The notes beneath the pieces are model-generated. The model was not told where the DNA came from and did no database searches. It saw only the letters and a program-made list of their open reading frames with translations. Below, one piece after another: positions 39,312 through 52,600 of a stretch of 64,000 nt of DNA (its first letter is position 1; every line of letters starts with the position of its first letter). The position numbers and the translations under genes were made by a program. Source of the DNA: Pristiophorus japonicus (Eukaryota); contig NC_092000.1 of the NCBI RefSeq assembly GCF_044704955.1, positions 10,540,001 through 10,604,000 on the forward strand, read 5' to 3'.

Positions 39312-39462
39312 GAACGCTAAACAGGACGTGGATGATGAGTACAGTGCGCCGCTCTCCAGTATACGTGGTCTGCAGTCCTATTACGCAGTGGCTCACGCGG
39401 TGACTGAGAGGGTGGATATTCAGTCCACGCTGCTCATAAACGGCTTGCTCAAACAGTATCAG
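39312..39462 (+). CDS. SMARCA4: SMARCA4 exon 15
   Basis: tgtag|GAAC; [50 protein letters not shown]; CAG|gtaaag; 151 nt. Confidence 0.96.
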
Positions 39463-40299
39463 GTAAAGGACAGCGTGGGGCCGTGTTCCATTGGGCATAT
39501 TTGGATTTCTTTCAATGGCAGCACAGTCGCGTTAGACCATCGATCCCCCCGACTCCCCTTTCCGTAGCTCTGGATTGCAGGTTTCTACTGCTTCCTGCGC
39601 CATGGGAGGACGAATCACGGAAACGCGCCTTTAACTGCCAGGTTAGCGAGTCCCCGATCCCTGGGTGTAGAGAGGCAAACGCTAGGCGCTTCCACAAAGG
39701 ATAACCAGAGAGGAACACTGGATCGAGGGGTAACTACCAATGTCCTCCCGCCCCGTAAGCCGTCCTGCCTCCTGCGCGGCCCATTCAAATTGTTGTGCCT
39801 GTGGGGCACCTACAGTGTAAAAGCCGATGGGTGGCCTGCAGATGACTGCACAGCTGCGCAGCTTAGCAGGAACATTGGTAAACACCCCTTCAGAGTGCGG
39901 CCTGACCAGAGGCTTTTATTGGGCAGGTCACCAATCGACCTGTCTGTCCAAGGTGGCCACAGAAAGGGAAGTGGGTAAACACCTTCCAAAAAAAATAAAA
40001 GCAGCAAGTTTATAGAAAAATAACAGCACAGAAGGGGGTCATTCAGCCCATCGTGCCTGTTCCGGCTCTTTGAGCTATCCAATTATTCCCACTCCCATGC
40101 CCTTTCCCCATAGCCCTGCAAATTTATATAATCCCCTTTTGAAAGTTACTATTGAATCTGCTCCCACTGCCCTTTCAGGCAGCGTGTTCCAGACCACAAC
40201 AACTCGCTGCATTAAAAAAAGTTTCTCCTTATCTCGCCTGTTTTTTCAGTAACATCTTGTCCTTGTACTCTGCAAGGATGATAATTATAACTACCAGGA

Positions 40300-40873
<574 letters not shown>

Positions 40874-41080
40874 TAAGGAGAAACCCGCTCACTCGCGTCT
40901 CTACCTCCCAGAGGTTGCGGGAGGAATGTTGGCCAGGACACTGGGAGAGCTCCCCGTTGCCCTTCTTCAAAGAAATCTTTTGCATCCTCCTGCACCAATG
41001 GAGCTGATGGAGCCTCAGTTTAACATCTGTGCCGAGAACATCAGGGGAAAAGGATTCCACGGCTCTCCCAGATCCTACGG

Positions 41081-41977
41081 TGTAATATATTTGCTTTGTG
41101 GGTTCTTTGCTTAAGAATTCATAGCAACACATTGCCATTAAGAACTAGTTGGTTTATTAACAATCACACTACACATTACCAGTCCATCCACCAGGCTCAC
41201 AACCACCTGCCTCATCGTGGATCCCCTGAACTCAACTGGCTGGGGTTTTATTGAGTCTTGTGAACATCACATGACTGGCTAGGCCACTCACAACTCAACA
41301 GCTTCATAACTATTTTAAGTTTCACCTGTAAATCAAGTGCCCCCTGGTTAAAAGTCAGGGGAGGGGGGAGCACTAAAACCGACACAATTAAACAAATTAA
41401 ACTTGGACACTCAACTGAATCAAATTAAAATTTGGTTGCCAGGGGTGATGATGCACTCCAGTCCCTCCGGCGCCCACCTCTCGTGGACGGCCGCGAGCGT
41501 ACCGGTGGACACCGCGTGCTCCATCTCCATGGACACCCTGGCTCGGATGTAACTGCGAGAGAGGCAAGCAGTCGGGCTGAACAACCCCCTCGACCGCCTG
41601 CTGCCTGGACCAGCTAATGGCCCCCTTGGCCATGCCCAGGAGCAGTCCTACGAGGAGGCCTTCCAACCTACCCGTTCCCCTCCGCACCGGGTGCCCAAAG
41701 ATCAGGAGTGTGGGACTGAAGTGCAACCAGAATTTGAGGAGCAGCCCCTTCAAATAATGGAACAGGGGCTGCAACCTCACACATTGCACATACACATGGA
41801 ACACAGACTCTTCCAGACCGCAGAAATTGCAGGCGGCCTGGGAGGCTGTGAACTGACTTCAAAACTGATTGCACGGAACTGCTCTGTGCAACACCTTCCG
41901 GGCCAAGTCCCCAATAAATAAAGGAAGGACTCCCAAATAGAGAGCACTCCATTGGGCCAACAGCTCTACAAACCTGT
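41081..41977 (-). mobile_element. LTR-like element copy C (41081-41309 plus 41958-41977)
   Basis: Begins TGTAAT; aligns with 4954-5195; resumes after the insert as CAACAGCTCTACAAACCTGT, matching copy B. Confidence 0.75.
41310..41957 (-). mobile_element. Tx1-clade element, 5'-truncated, inside LTR copy C
   Basis: FHVYVQCVRLQPLFHYLKGLLLKFWLHFSPTLLIFGHPVRRG; imperfect TSD CAACAGCTTCATAA / CAACAGCTCTACAA. Confidence 0.87.
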
Positions 41978-42804
41978 AATTTTGGGGTAATTTTGACTTA
42001 GCTTTCCTGCTGGGAAGTCCATGGGATCAGGTGGATCGCCGGTTATACACCCTGCCCCAATATTGATCACAAAGGCGAGTAAAATCGTGAAACCAGCCGA
42101 TTCTGTCAGTTCCTCAACGGGCGGGATAGGTTAAAATAGGCCCCCCGTTAGCACAGTGTAGAGAGTATTCAATGCTGAGTTAAGAGGGGGAGGGTACTAG
42201 TTAATCTTTTGACTCATTGGCACGCATTTAACCAAAACCATTAAATCCTTTTCCTGGAACATTCTTAGCACAGATGTTAAACCGCGGCTCCGCCTGTTTC
42301 ACTGCTGCAGGAGAATGTAAAAGATTTCTTTGAAGAAGAGCAGGGAGAGGTCTCCTGGTATCCCGAACAACATTCCTCCCTCAACCATCACCGCCAAACA
42401 CTGTCCATTTGCTGCTAGTGGAATCCTGCTGGTGTGCATGAAGGCTGATGCGTTTGCTGCACAACAGTTACTTATAAGTAACTCGTCTGTGAATCTCCTT
42501 GAGATGTTTCCAACGCTGCATAAATGAACCTCTGTGCATTTTGATTGATTGCTGTCACCCCTTTGATCCGGTTAATGTCAGGAAGCAGTGACTGACTGGC
42601 CCAGTTCCAAATTGTTTATTGCATGAATCATGCGTTTCACTGCACCCTGTACGTGCTCTGTCCCTGGGAGAGACGGCAGAGTCTCTTTATAAAACTCACA
42701 CGCTGTTAATACCCTGCTCCTTTTATAAATCAGCATCGCCAACCAGGGCAGAGACCATTGTACCCAAGGGCAGACCTGAGCCCACGGGCACAACGCCAGC
42801 CAGA

Positions 42805-42926
42805 GGCTGGAGGAGAGGGAGCGGGCTGCTGGTGGAGGAGAGGGAGTGGGCTGCTGGTGGAGGAGAGGGAACGGGCTGCTGGTGGAGGAGAGGGAACGGG
42901 CTGCTGGTGGAGGAGAGGGAACGGGC
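42805..42926 (+). repeat. 25-bp minisatellite GGCTGCTGGTGGAGGAGAGGGAACG, about 5 copies
   Basis: Seen directly. Confidence 0.9.
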
Positions 42927-43245
42927 TTTCACTCAGCCTCTCAGACAAGCAGGGCCCAAGTAGAAGGTGCAGGGAAAGGAAATGTTTATTTTAATGTAGT
43001 GCATGTGGCAAAAAACATAGTTTATGAATAAGAAGTGGTAGATGGGAGTGATTTCAAGTCTGTAATTTAATCTCTGGGTCTAATACGAATCTTTCAGGGT
43101 TTGTTGTGATGACTTCACAGTCCAACCTGATCCCCGAGCTGAGTTCCCAGCCCTCTAATCGCAGCTATCACTCGTAAAATAATGAGCCAGTAAGTTCTGT
43201 ACGTTGGTGCTCACCTGCAGTAATGACGCCAAATTGTATTTACAG

Positions 43246-43312
43246 AACTCTCTCAAACTGGGCCTATGAGTTTGATAAGTGGGCGCCATCCGTAACGCGG
43301 ATCTCGTACAAG
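43246..43312 (+). CDS. SMARCA4: SMARCA4 exon 17
   Basis: tacag|AAC; [22 protein letters not shown]; AAG|gtaatt; 67 nt. Confidence 0.96.
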
Positions 43313-43433
43313 GTAATTCCATCTTTGATGCTCTGGTTCTGTGAACTGGATGTTCTGAGACAAGCGAGTGATTATTATTGGCTGTGCAGATGCAATGACG
43401 ACGGTTTTTTGCTACTCTGCTTCCTCCTCTCAG

Positions 43434-43544
43434 GGTTCCCCGGCAGCTCGAAGGGCCTTTGTTCCTCTGCTTCGAAGTGGGAAGTTCAACGTCCTGCTCA
43501 CCACCTACGAATACATAATCAAAGACAAGCACGTCCTTGCCAAG
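43434..43544 (+). CDS. SMARCA4: SMARCA4 exon 18; gene continues beyond the window
   Basis: ctcag|GGT; [37 protein letters not shown]; AAG|gtgaag; 111 nt. Confidence 0.97.
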
Positions 43545-43699
43545 GTGAAGCTTTTCTTTTTTTTCTTCCAGATTTCCCACCTTCCCCAAATCCCCGGAGA
43601 TCGTAACTCGTGCTGGAATACCATCTTGTGGGTGTCCCTCACCTGCTCACCCATTCTTGTGTAAGCCTAGTTAGCAAGGTACCCAGTCCCTCAGTATCA

Positions 43700-46600
43700 A
43701 ACCTACTGCCCCCCATCCCGGTGTCTAATCCACTGCCCTGCAACCTCACTGTCTACCCCGCAACCGCACTGTCTACCCCACTGCCCCTGTTACCCCAGTG
43801 TCATATCCACTGGCCCTGTTACCCCAGTGTCTAATCCACTGCCCTGCAACCGCACTGTCTACCCCACTGCCCCTATTACCCCAGTGCCTACCCCACAGCC
43901 CTGGTACACCAGTGTCCAATCCACTGCCCTGTTACCCCAGCTTCTAATTCACTGCCCCTGTTGCCCCAGTGTCGAATCCACTGCCCCTGTTACCCCAGTA
44001 TCTAATCCACTGCCCCTGTTACCCCAGTGTCTAATCCACTGCCCCTGTTACACCAGTGTCTAATCCATTGCTCCTGTTACCCCAGTGTCTAATCCACTGC
44101 CCCTGTTATCCCAGTGTCTAATCCACTGCCCCTGTTACACCAGTGTCTAATCCACTGCCCCTGTTACCCCAGTGTCTAATCCACTGCCCCTGTTACCCCA
44201 GTGTCTAATCCACTGCCCCTGTTATCCCAGTGTCTAATCCACTGCCCCTGTTACACCAGTGTCTAATCCACTGCCCCTGTTACCCCAGTGTCTAATCCAC
44301 TGCCCCTGTTACACCAGTGTCTAATCCACTGCCCCTGTTAGCCCAGTGTCTAATCCACTGCCCCTGTTACCCCAGTATCTAATCCACTGCCCCTGTTACC
44401 CCAGTGTCTAATCCACTGCCCCTGTTACACCAGTGTCTAATCCACTGCCCCTGTTACCCCAGTGTCTAATCCACTGCCCCTGTTACACCAGTGTCTAATC
44501 CACTGCCCGTGTTACCCCAGTGTCTAATCCACTGCCCGTGTTACCCCAGTGTCTAATCCACTGCCCCTGTTAGCCCAGTGTCTAATCCACTGCCCCTATT
44601 ACCCCAGTGTCTAATCCACTGCCCCTGTTACCCCAGTGTCTAATCCACTGCCCCTGTTACCCCAGTATCTAATCTACTGCCCCTGTTACCCGACTCTCTT
44701 ATCCACTGCCCCTGTTACCCCAGTGTCTAATCCACTGCCTCCACTGCCCCTGTTACCCCAGTGTCTAATACACTGCCCCTGTTACCCCAGTGTCTAATCC
44801 ACTGCCCCTGTTACCCCAGTGTCTAATCCACTGCCCCTGTTACCCCAGTGCCGAACCCACTGCCCTATTACCCCAGTGTCTAATCCACTGCCCCTGTTAC
44901 CCCAGTGTATACCCCATTGCCCTGTTACCCCAGTGTCTAAACCACTGCCCTGTTACCCCAGTGTCTAATCGACTGCCCCTGTTACCCCAGTGTCTAATCG
45001 ACTGCCCCTGTTACCCCAGTGTCTAATCCACTGCCCCTGTTACCCCAGTGTCTGATCCACTGCCCCTGTTACCCCAGTGTCTAATCCACTGCCCCTGTTA
45101 CCCCAGTGTCTGATCCACTGCCCCTGTTACCCCAGTGTCTGATCCACTGCCCCTTTTACCCCAGTGTCTAATCCACTGCCCCTGTTACCCCAGTGTCTAA
45201 TCCACTGCCCCTGTTACCCCAGTGTCTAATCCATTGCCCGTTACCCCAGTGTCTAATCCACTGCCCCTATTACCCCAGTATCTAATCCACTGCCCTTGTT
45301 ACCCCAGTGCCTACCCCACTGCCCTATTACCCCAGTGTCTAATCCAGTGCCCCTGTTACCCCAGTGTCTAATCCAGTGCCCCTGTTACCCCAGTGTCTAA
45401 TCCACAGTCCCTGTTACCCCAGTGTCTAATCCACAGTCCCTGTTACCCTAGTGTCTAATCCACTGCCCCTGTTACCCCAGTGTCTAATCCACTGCCCCTG
45501 TTACCCGAGTCTCTTATCCACTGCCCCTGTTACCCCAGTGTCTAATCCATTGCCCCTGTTACCACAGTGTCTAATCCACTGCCCCTGTTACCCCCGTGTC
45601 TAATCCAGTGCCCCTGTTACCCCAGTGCCTACCCCACTGCCCTATTACCCCAGTGTCTAATCCACTGCCCCTGTTACCCCAGTGTCCAATCCACTGCCCT
45701 TGTTACCCCCAGTGTCTACCCCACTGCCCTGGTACCCCAGCGTCTAATCCACTGCCCCTGTTACCCCAGTGTCTAATCCACTGCCCCTTTTAGCCCAGTG
45801 TCTAATCCACTGCCCCTGTTACCCCTGTGTCTAATCCACTGCCCTGTAACCCCATTGTCTACCCCACTGCCCCTGTTACCGCAGCGTCTAATCCACTGCC
45901 CGTGTTACCCCAGTGTCTAATCCACTGCCCGTGTTACCCCAGTGTCTAATCCACTGCCCCTGTTAGCCCAGTGTCTAATCCACTGCCCCTATTACCCCAG
46001 TGTCTAATCCACTGCCCCTGTTACCCCAGTGTCTAATCCACTGCCCCTGTTACCCCAGTATCTAATCTACTGCCCCTGTTACCCGACTCTCTTATCCACT
46101 GCCCCTGTTACCCCAGTGTCTAATCCACTGCCTCCACTGCCCCTGTTACCCCAGTGTCTAATCCACTGCCCCTGTTACCCCAGTGTCTAATCCACTGCCC
46201 CTGTTACCCCAGTGTCTAATCCACTGCCCCTGTTACCCCAGTGCCGAACCCACTGCCCTATTACCCCAGTGTCTAATCCACTGCCCCTGTTACCCCAGTG
46301 TATACCCCATTGCCCTGTTACCCCAGTGTCTAATCGACTGCCCCTGTTACCCCAGTGTCTAATCGACTGCCCCTGTTACCCCAGTGTCTAATCCACTGCC
46401 CCTGTTACCCCAGTGTCTGATCCACTGCCCCTGTTACCCCAGTGTCTAATCCACTGCCCCTGTTACCCCAGTGTCTGATCCACTGCCCCTGTTACCCCAG
46501 TGTCTGATCCACTGCCCCTGTTACCCCAGTGTCTAATCCACTGCCCCTGTTACCCCAGTGTCTAATCCACTGCCCCTTTTACCCCAGTGTCTAATCCACT

Positions 46601-49600
46601 GCCCCTGTTACCCCAGTGTCTAATCCACTGCCCCTGTTACCCCAGTGTCTAATCCATTGCCCGTTACCCCAGTGTCTAATCCACTGCCCCTATTACCCCA
46701 GTATCTAATCCACTGCCCTTGTTACCCCAGTGCCTACCCCACTGCCCTATTACCCCAGTGTCTAATCCAGTGCCCCTGTTACCCCAGTGTCTAATCCAGT
46801 GCCCCTGTTACCCCAGTGTCTAATCCACAGTCCCTGTTACCCCAGTGTCTAATCCACAGTCCCTGTTACCCTAGTGTCTAATCCACTGCCCCTGTTACCC
46901 CAGTGTCTAATCCACTGCCCCTGTTACCCGAGTCTCTTATCCACTGCCCCTGTTACCCCAGTGTCTAATCCATTGCCCCTGTTACCACAGTGTCTAATCC
47001 ACTGCCCCTGTTACCCCCGTGTCTAATCCAGTGCCCCTGTTACCCCAGTGCCTACCCCACTGCCCTATTACCCCAGTGTCTAATCCACTGCCCCTGTTAC
47101 CCCAGTGTCCAATCCACTGCCCTTGTTACCCCCAGTGTCTACCCCACTGCCCTGGTACCCCAGCGTCTAATCCACTGCCCCTGTTACCCCAGTGTCTAAT
47201 CCACTGCCCCTTTTAGCCCAGTGTCTAATCCACTGCCCCTGTTACCCCTGTGTCTAATCCACTGCCCTGTAACCCCATTGTCTACCCCACTGCCCCTGTT
47301 ACCGCAGCGTCTAATCCACTGCCCTGTTACCCCAGTGCCGACCCCACTGCCCTATTACCCCAGTGTCTACCCCACTGCCCTGTTACCCCAGTGCCTCCCC
47401 CACAGCCCTATTACCCCCATGTCTAATCCACTGCCCCTGTTACCACAGTGCCTACCCCACTGCCCTATTACCCCAGTGTCTACCCCACTGCCCTGTTACC
47501 CCAGTGCCGACCACACTGCCCTGTTTATCCCAGTGTCTAATCTACTGCCCTTGTTACCCCAGTGTCTAATCCACTGCCCCTGTCACCCCAGTGTCTAATC
47601 CACTGTCCCTGTTACCCCAGTGTCTACCCCATTGTCCTGTTACCCCAGCGTCTCATTCAATGCCCCTGTTACCCCAGTGTCTAATCCACTGCCCCTGTTA
47701 CCCCAGTGTCTAATCCACTGCCCCTGTTACCCCAGTGTCTAATCCACTGCCCCTGTTACCCCAGTGTCTCATCCACTGCCCCTGTTACCCCAGTGTCTCA
47801 TCCACTGCGCCTGTTACCCCAGTGTCGAATCCACTGCCCCTGTTACCCCAGTGTCGAATCCACTGCCCCTGTTACCCCAGAGTCTAATCCACTGCCCCTG
47901 TTACCCCAGTGTCTAATCCACTGCCCTATAACCCCAGTGTCTACCCCATTGCCCTGTTACCCCAGCGTCTAATTCACTGCCCCTGTTACCCCAGTGTCAT
48001 ATCCATAGTCCCTGTTACCCCAATGTCTAATCTACAGCCCCTGTTACCCCAGTGTCTAATCCACTGCCCCTGTTACCGCAGTGTCTAATCCACTGCCCCT
48101 GTTACCCCAGTGTCAAATCAACTGCCCCTGTTACCCCAGTGTCTAATCCACTGCCTCCACTGCCCCTGTTACCCCAGTGTTTAATCCACTGCCCCTGTTA
48201 CTCCAGTGTCAAATCAACTGCCCCTGTTACCCCAGTGTCTAATCCACTGCCTCCACTGCCCCTGTTACCCCAGTGTTTAATCCACTGCCCCTGTTACTCC
48301 AGTGTCTACTCCAGTGCCCCTGTTACCCCAGTGTCTAATCCACTGCCCTATAACCCCAGTGTCTACCCCATTGCCCTGTTACCCCAGCGTCTAATTCACT
48401 GCCCTATAACCCCAGTGTATAATCCACTGCCTCTGTTACCCCAGTGTCGAATCAACTGCCCCTGTCACCCCACTGTCTAATCCACTGCCTCCACTGCCCC
48501 TGTTACCCCAGTGTTTAATCCACTGCCCCTGTTACCCCAGTGTCTAATCCAGTGCCCCTGTTACCCCAGTGTCTAATCCACTGCCCTATAACCCCAGTGT
48601 CTACCCCATTGCTCTGTTACCCCAGCGTCTAATTCACTGGCCCTGTTACCCCAGTGTCAATTCCACTGCCCCTGTTACCCCAGTGTCTAATCCACTGCCC
48701 CTGTTACCCCAGCGTCTAATTCACTGGCCCTGTTACCCCAGTGTCAATTCCACTGCCCCTGTTACCCCAGTGTCTAATCCACTGCCCCTGTTACCCCAGT
48801 GTCTAATCCACTGCCCCTGTTACCCCAGTGTCTAATCCACTGCCCCTGTTACCCCAGTGTCTAATCCACTGCCCCTGTTACCCCAGTGCCTACCCCACTG
48901 CCCTATTACCTCAGTGTCAATTCCACTGCCCCTGTTACCCCAGTGCCTACCCCACTGCCCTATTACCCCAGTGTCTAATCCACTGCCTCCACTGCCCCTG
49001 TTACCCCAGTGTTTAATCCACTGCCCCTGTTACCCCAGTGTCTAATCCAGTGCCCCTGTTACCCCAGTGTCTAATCCACTGCCCTATAACCCCAGTGTCT
49101 ACCCCATTGCCCTGTTACCCCAGCGTCTAATTCACTGGCCCTGTTACCCCAGTGTCAATTCCACTGCCCCTGTTACCCCAGTGTCTAATCCACTGCCCCT
49201 GTTACCCCAGCGTCTAATTCACTGGCCCTGTTACCCCAGTGTCAATTCCACTGCCCCTGTTACCCCAGTGTCTAATCCACTGCCCCTGTTACCCCAGTGT
49301 CTAATCCACTGCCCCTGTTACCCCAGTGTCTAATCCACTGCCCCTGTTACCCCAGTGTTTAATCCACTGCCCCTGTTACCCCAGTGTCTAATCCAGTGCC
49401 CCTGTTACCCCAGTGTCTAATCCACTGCCCTATAACCCCAGTGTCTACCCCATTGCCCTGTTACCCCAGCGTCTAATTCACTGGCCCTGTTACCCCAGTG
49501 TCAATTCCACTGCCCCTGTTACCCCAGTGTCTAATCCACTGCCCCTGTTACCCCAGCGTCTAATTCACTGGCCCTGTTACCCCAGTGTCAATTCCACTGC

Positions 49601-52600
49601 CCCTGTTACCCCAGTGTCTAATCCACTGCCCCTGTTACCCCAGTGTCTAATCCACTGCCCCTGTTACCCCAGTGTCTAATCCACTGCCCCTGTTACCCCA
49701 GTGCCTACCCCACTGCCCTATTACCCCAGTGTCTAATCCACTGCCCCTGTTACCCCAGTGTCCAATCCACTGCCCTTGTTACCCCCAGTGTCTACCCCAC
49801 TGCCCTGGTACCCCAGCGTCTAATCCACTGCCCCTGTTACCCCAGTGTCTAATCCACTGCCCCTGTTACCCCCGTGTCTAATCCACTGCCCTGTTACCCC
49901 AGTGCCGACCCCACTGCCCTATTAACCCAGTGTCTACCCCACTGCCCTGTTACCCCAGTGCCTCCCCCACTGCCCTATTACCCCCATGTCTAATCTACTG
50001 CCCCTGTTACCACAGTGCCTACCCCACTGCCCTATTACCCCAGTGTCTACCCCACTGCCCTGTTACCCCAGTGCCGACCACACTGCCCTGTTTATCCCAG
50101 TGTCTAATACACTGCCCTGTTTATCCCAGTGTCTAATACACTGCCCTGGTACCCCAGCGTCTAATCCACTGCCCCTGTTACCCCAGTGTCTAATCCACTG
50201 CTCCTGTTACCCCAGTGTCTAATCCACTGCCCCTGTTACCCCAGTGTTTAACCCACTGCCCCTGTTACCCCAGTGTCTAACCCACTGCCCCTGTTACCCC
50301 AGTGTCTAATCCACTGCCCCTGTTACCCCAGTGTTTAACCCACTGCCCCTGTTACCCCAGTGTCTAATCCACTGCCCCTGTTACCCCAGTGTCTAATCCA
50401 CTGCCCCTGTTACCCCAGTGTCTAATCCATTGCCCCGTTACCCCAGTGTCTAGTCCACTGCCCCTGTTACCCCAGTGTCTAATCCACTGCCCTGGTACCC
50501 CAGTATCTAATCCACTGCGCCTGTTACCCCAGTGTCTAGCCCACTGCCCTGTTACCCCAGTGCCGACCACACTGCACTGTTTATCCCAGTATCTAATCCA
50601 CTGCCCTGGTACCCCAGTATCTAATCCACTGCCCCTGTTACCCCAGTATCTAATCCACTGCCCCTGTTACTCCAGTGTCTAATCCACTGCCCCTGCTACC
50701 CCAGTGTCTAATCCATTGCCATTGTTACCCCAGTGTCTAATCCACTGCCCCTGTTACCCCAGTGTCTAATCCACTGCCCCTGTTACCCCAGTGTCTAATC
50801 CAATGCTCCTGTTACCCCAGTGTCTAATCCATTGCCCGTTACCCCAGTATCTAATCCACTGCCCCTGTTACCCCAGTGTCTAATCCATTGCCCGTTACCC
50901 CAGTATCTAATCCACTGCCCCTGTTACCTCAGTGTCTAATCCACTGCCCCTGTTACCCCAGTGTCTAATCCACTGCCCCTATTACCTCAGTGTCTAATCC
51001 ACTGTCCTGTTACCCCAGTATCTAATCCACTGCCCCTGTTACCTCAGTGTCTAATCCACTGCCCCTGTTACCCCAGTGTCTAATCCACTGCCCCTATTAG
51101 CCCAGTGTCTAATCTACTGCCCCTGTTACCCCAGTGTCTAATCCACTGCCCTTGTTACCCCAGTGTCTAATCCACTGCCCGTATTAGCCCAGTGTCTAAT
51201 CTACTGCCCCTGTTACCCCAGTGTCTAATCCACTGCCCCTGTTAGCGCAGCGTCTAATCCACTGCCCTTGTTACCCCCGTGTCTAATCCACTGCCCCTGT
51301 TACCCCAGTGCCTACCCCACTGCCCTATTACCCCAGTGTCTAATCCACTGCCCCTGTTACCCCTGTGTCTAATCCACTGCCCTGTAACCCCAGTGTCTAC
51401 CCCACTGCCCCTGTTACCGCAGCGTCTAATCCACAACCCTTGTTACCCCCGTGTCTAATCCACTGCCCCTATTAGCACAGTGTCTAATCTACTGCCCCTG
51501 TTACCCCAGTGTCTAATCCACTGCCCCTGTTAGCGCAGCGTCTAATCCACTGCCCTTGTTACCCCCGTGTCTAATCCACTGCCCCTGTTACCCCAGTGCC
51601 TACCCCACTGCCCTATTACCCCAGTGTCTAATCCACTGCCCCTGTTAGCGCAGCGTCTAATCCACTGCCCTTGTTACCCCCGTGTCTAATCCACTGCCCC
51701 TGTTACCCCAGTGCCTACCCCACTGCCCTATTACCCCAGTGTCTAATCCACTGCCTCTGTTACCCCAGTGTCTAATCCACTGCCCCTGGTACCCCAGTAT
51801 CTAATCCACTGCCCCTGTTACCGCAGTGTCTAAGCAACTGCCCCTGTTACCCCAGTGTCTAATCCACTGCCCCTGTTACCTCAGTGTCGAATCCACTGAC
51901 CCTGTTACCCCACTGTCGAATCCACTGCCTCTGTTACCCCAGTGTCTAATCCACTGCCCCTGTTACCACAGTGTCTAATCCACTGCCCCTGTTACCCCAG
52001 TGTCTAATCCACTGCCCCTGTTACCCCAGTGTCTAATCCATTGCCCCTGTTACCCCAGTGTCTAATCCACTGCCCCTGTTACCCCAGTGTCTAATCCACT
52101 GCCCCTGTTACCCCAGTGTCTAATCCAATGCCCCTGTTACCCCAGTATCTAATCCACTGCCCCTGTTACCCCAGTGTCTAATCCACTGCCCCTGATACCC
52201 CAGTCTCTAATCCACTGCCCCTGTTACCCCAGTGTCTAATCCACTGCCCCTGTTACCCCACTGTCTCATCCACTGCCCCCGTTACCCCAGTGTCTAATCC
52301 ACTGCCCCTGTTACCCCAGTGTCTAATCCACTGCCCCTATTACCCCAGTGTCTAATCCACTGCCCCTGTTACCCCAGTGTCTAATCCACTGCCCCTGTTA
52401 CCCCAGTGTCTAATCCACTGCCCCTGTTACCCCAGTGTCTAATCCACTGCCCCTGTTACCCCAGTGTCTGATCCACTGCCCCTGTTACCCCAGTGTCTGA
52501 TCCACTGCCCCTGTTACCCCAGTGTCTGATCCACTGCCCCTGTTACCCCAGTGTCTGATCCACTGCCCTGTTACCCCAGTGTCTAATCCACTGCCCCTGT

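Noticed and set aside
42805-42926. Repeated Chi octamer GCTGGTGG
   Set aside because: Chi acts through bacterial RecBCD. Here it is just part of a short G-rich minisatellite with no evidence of function.
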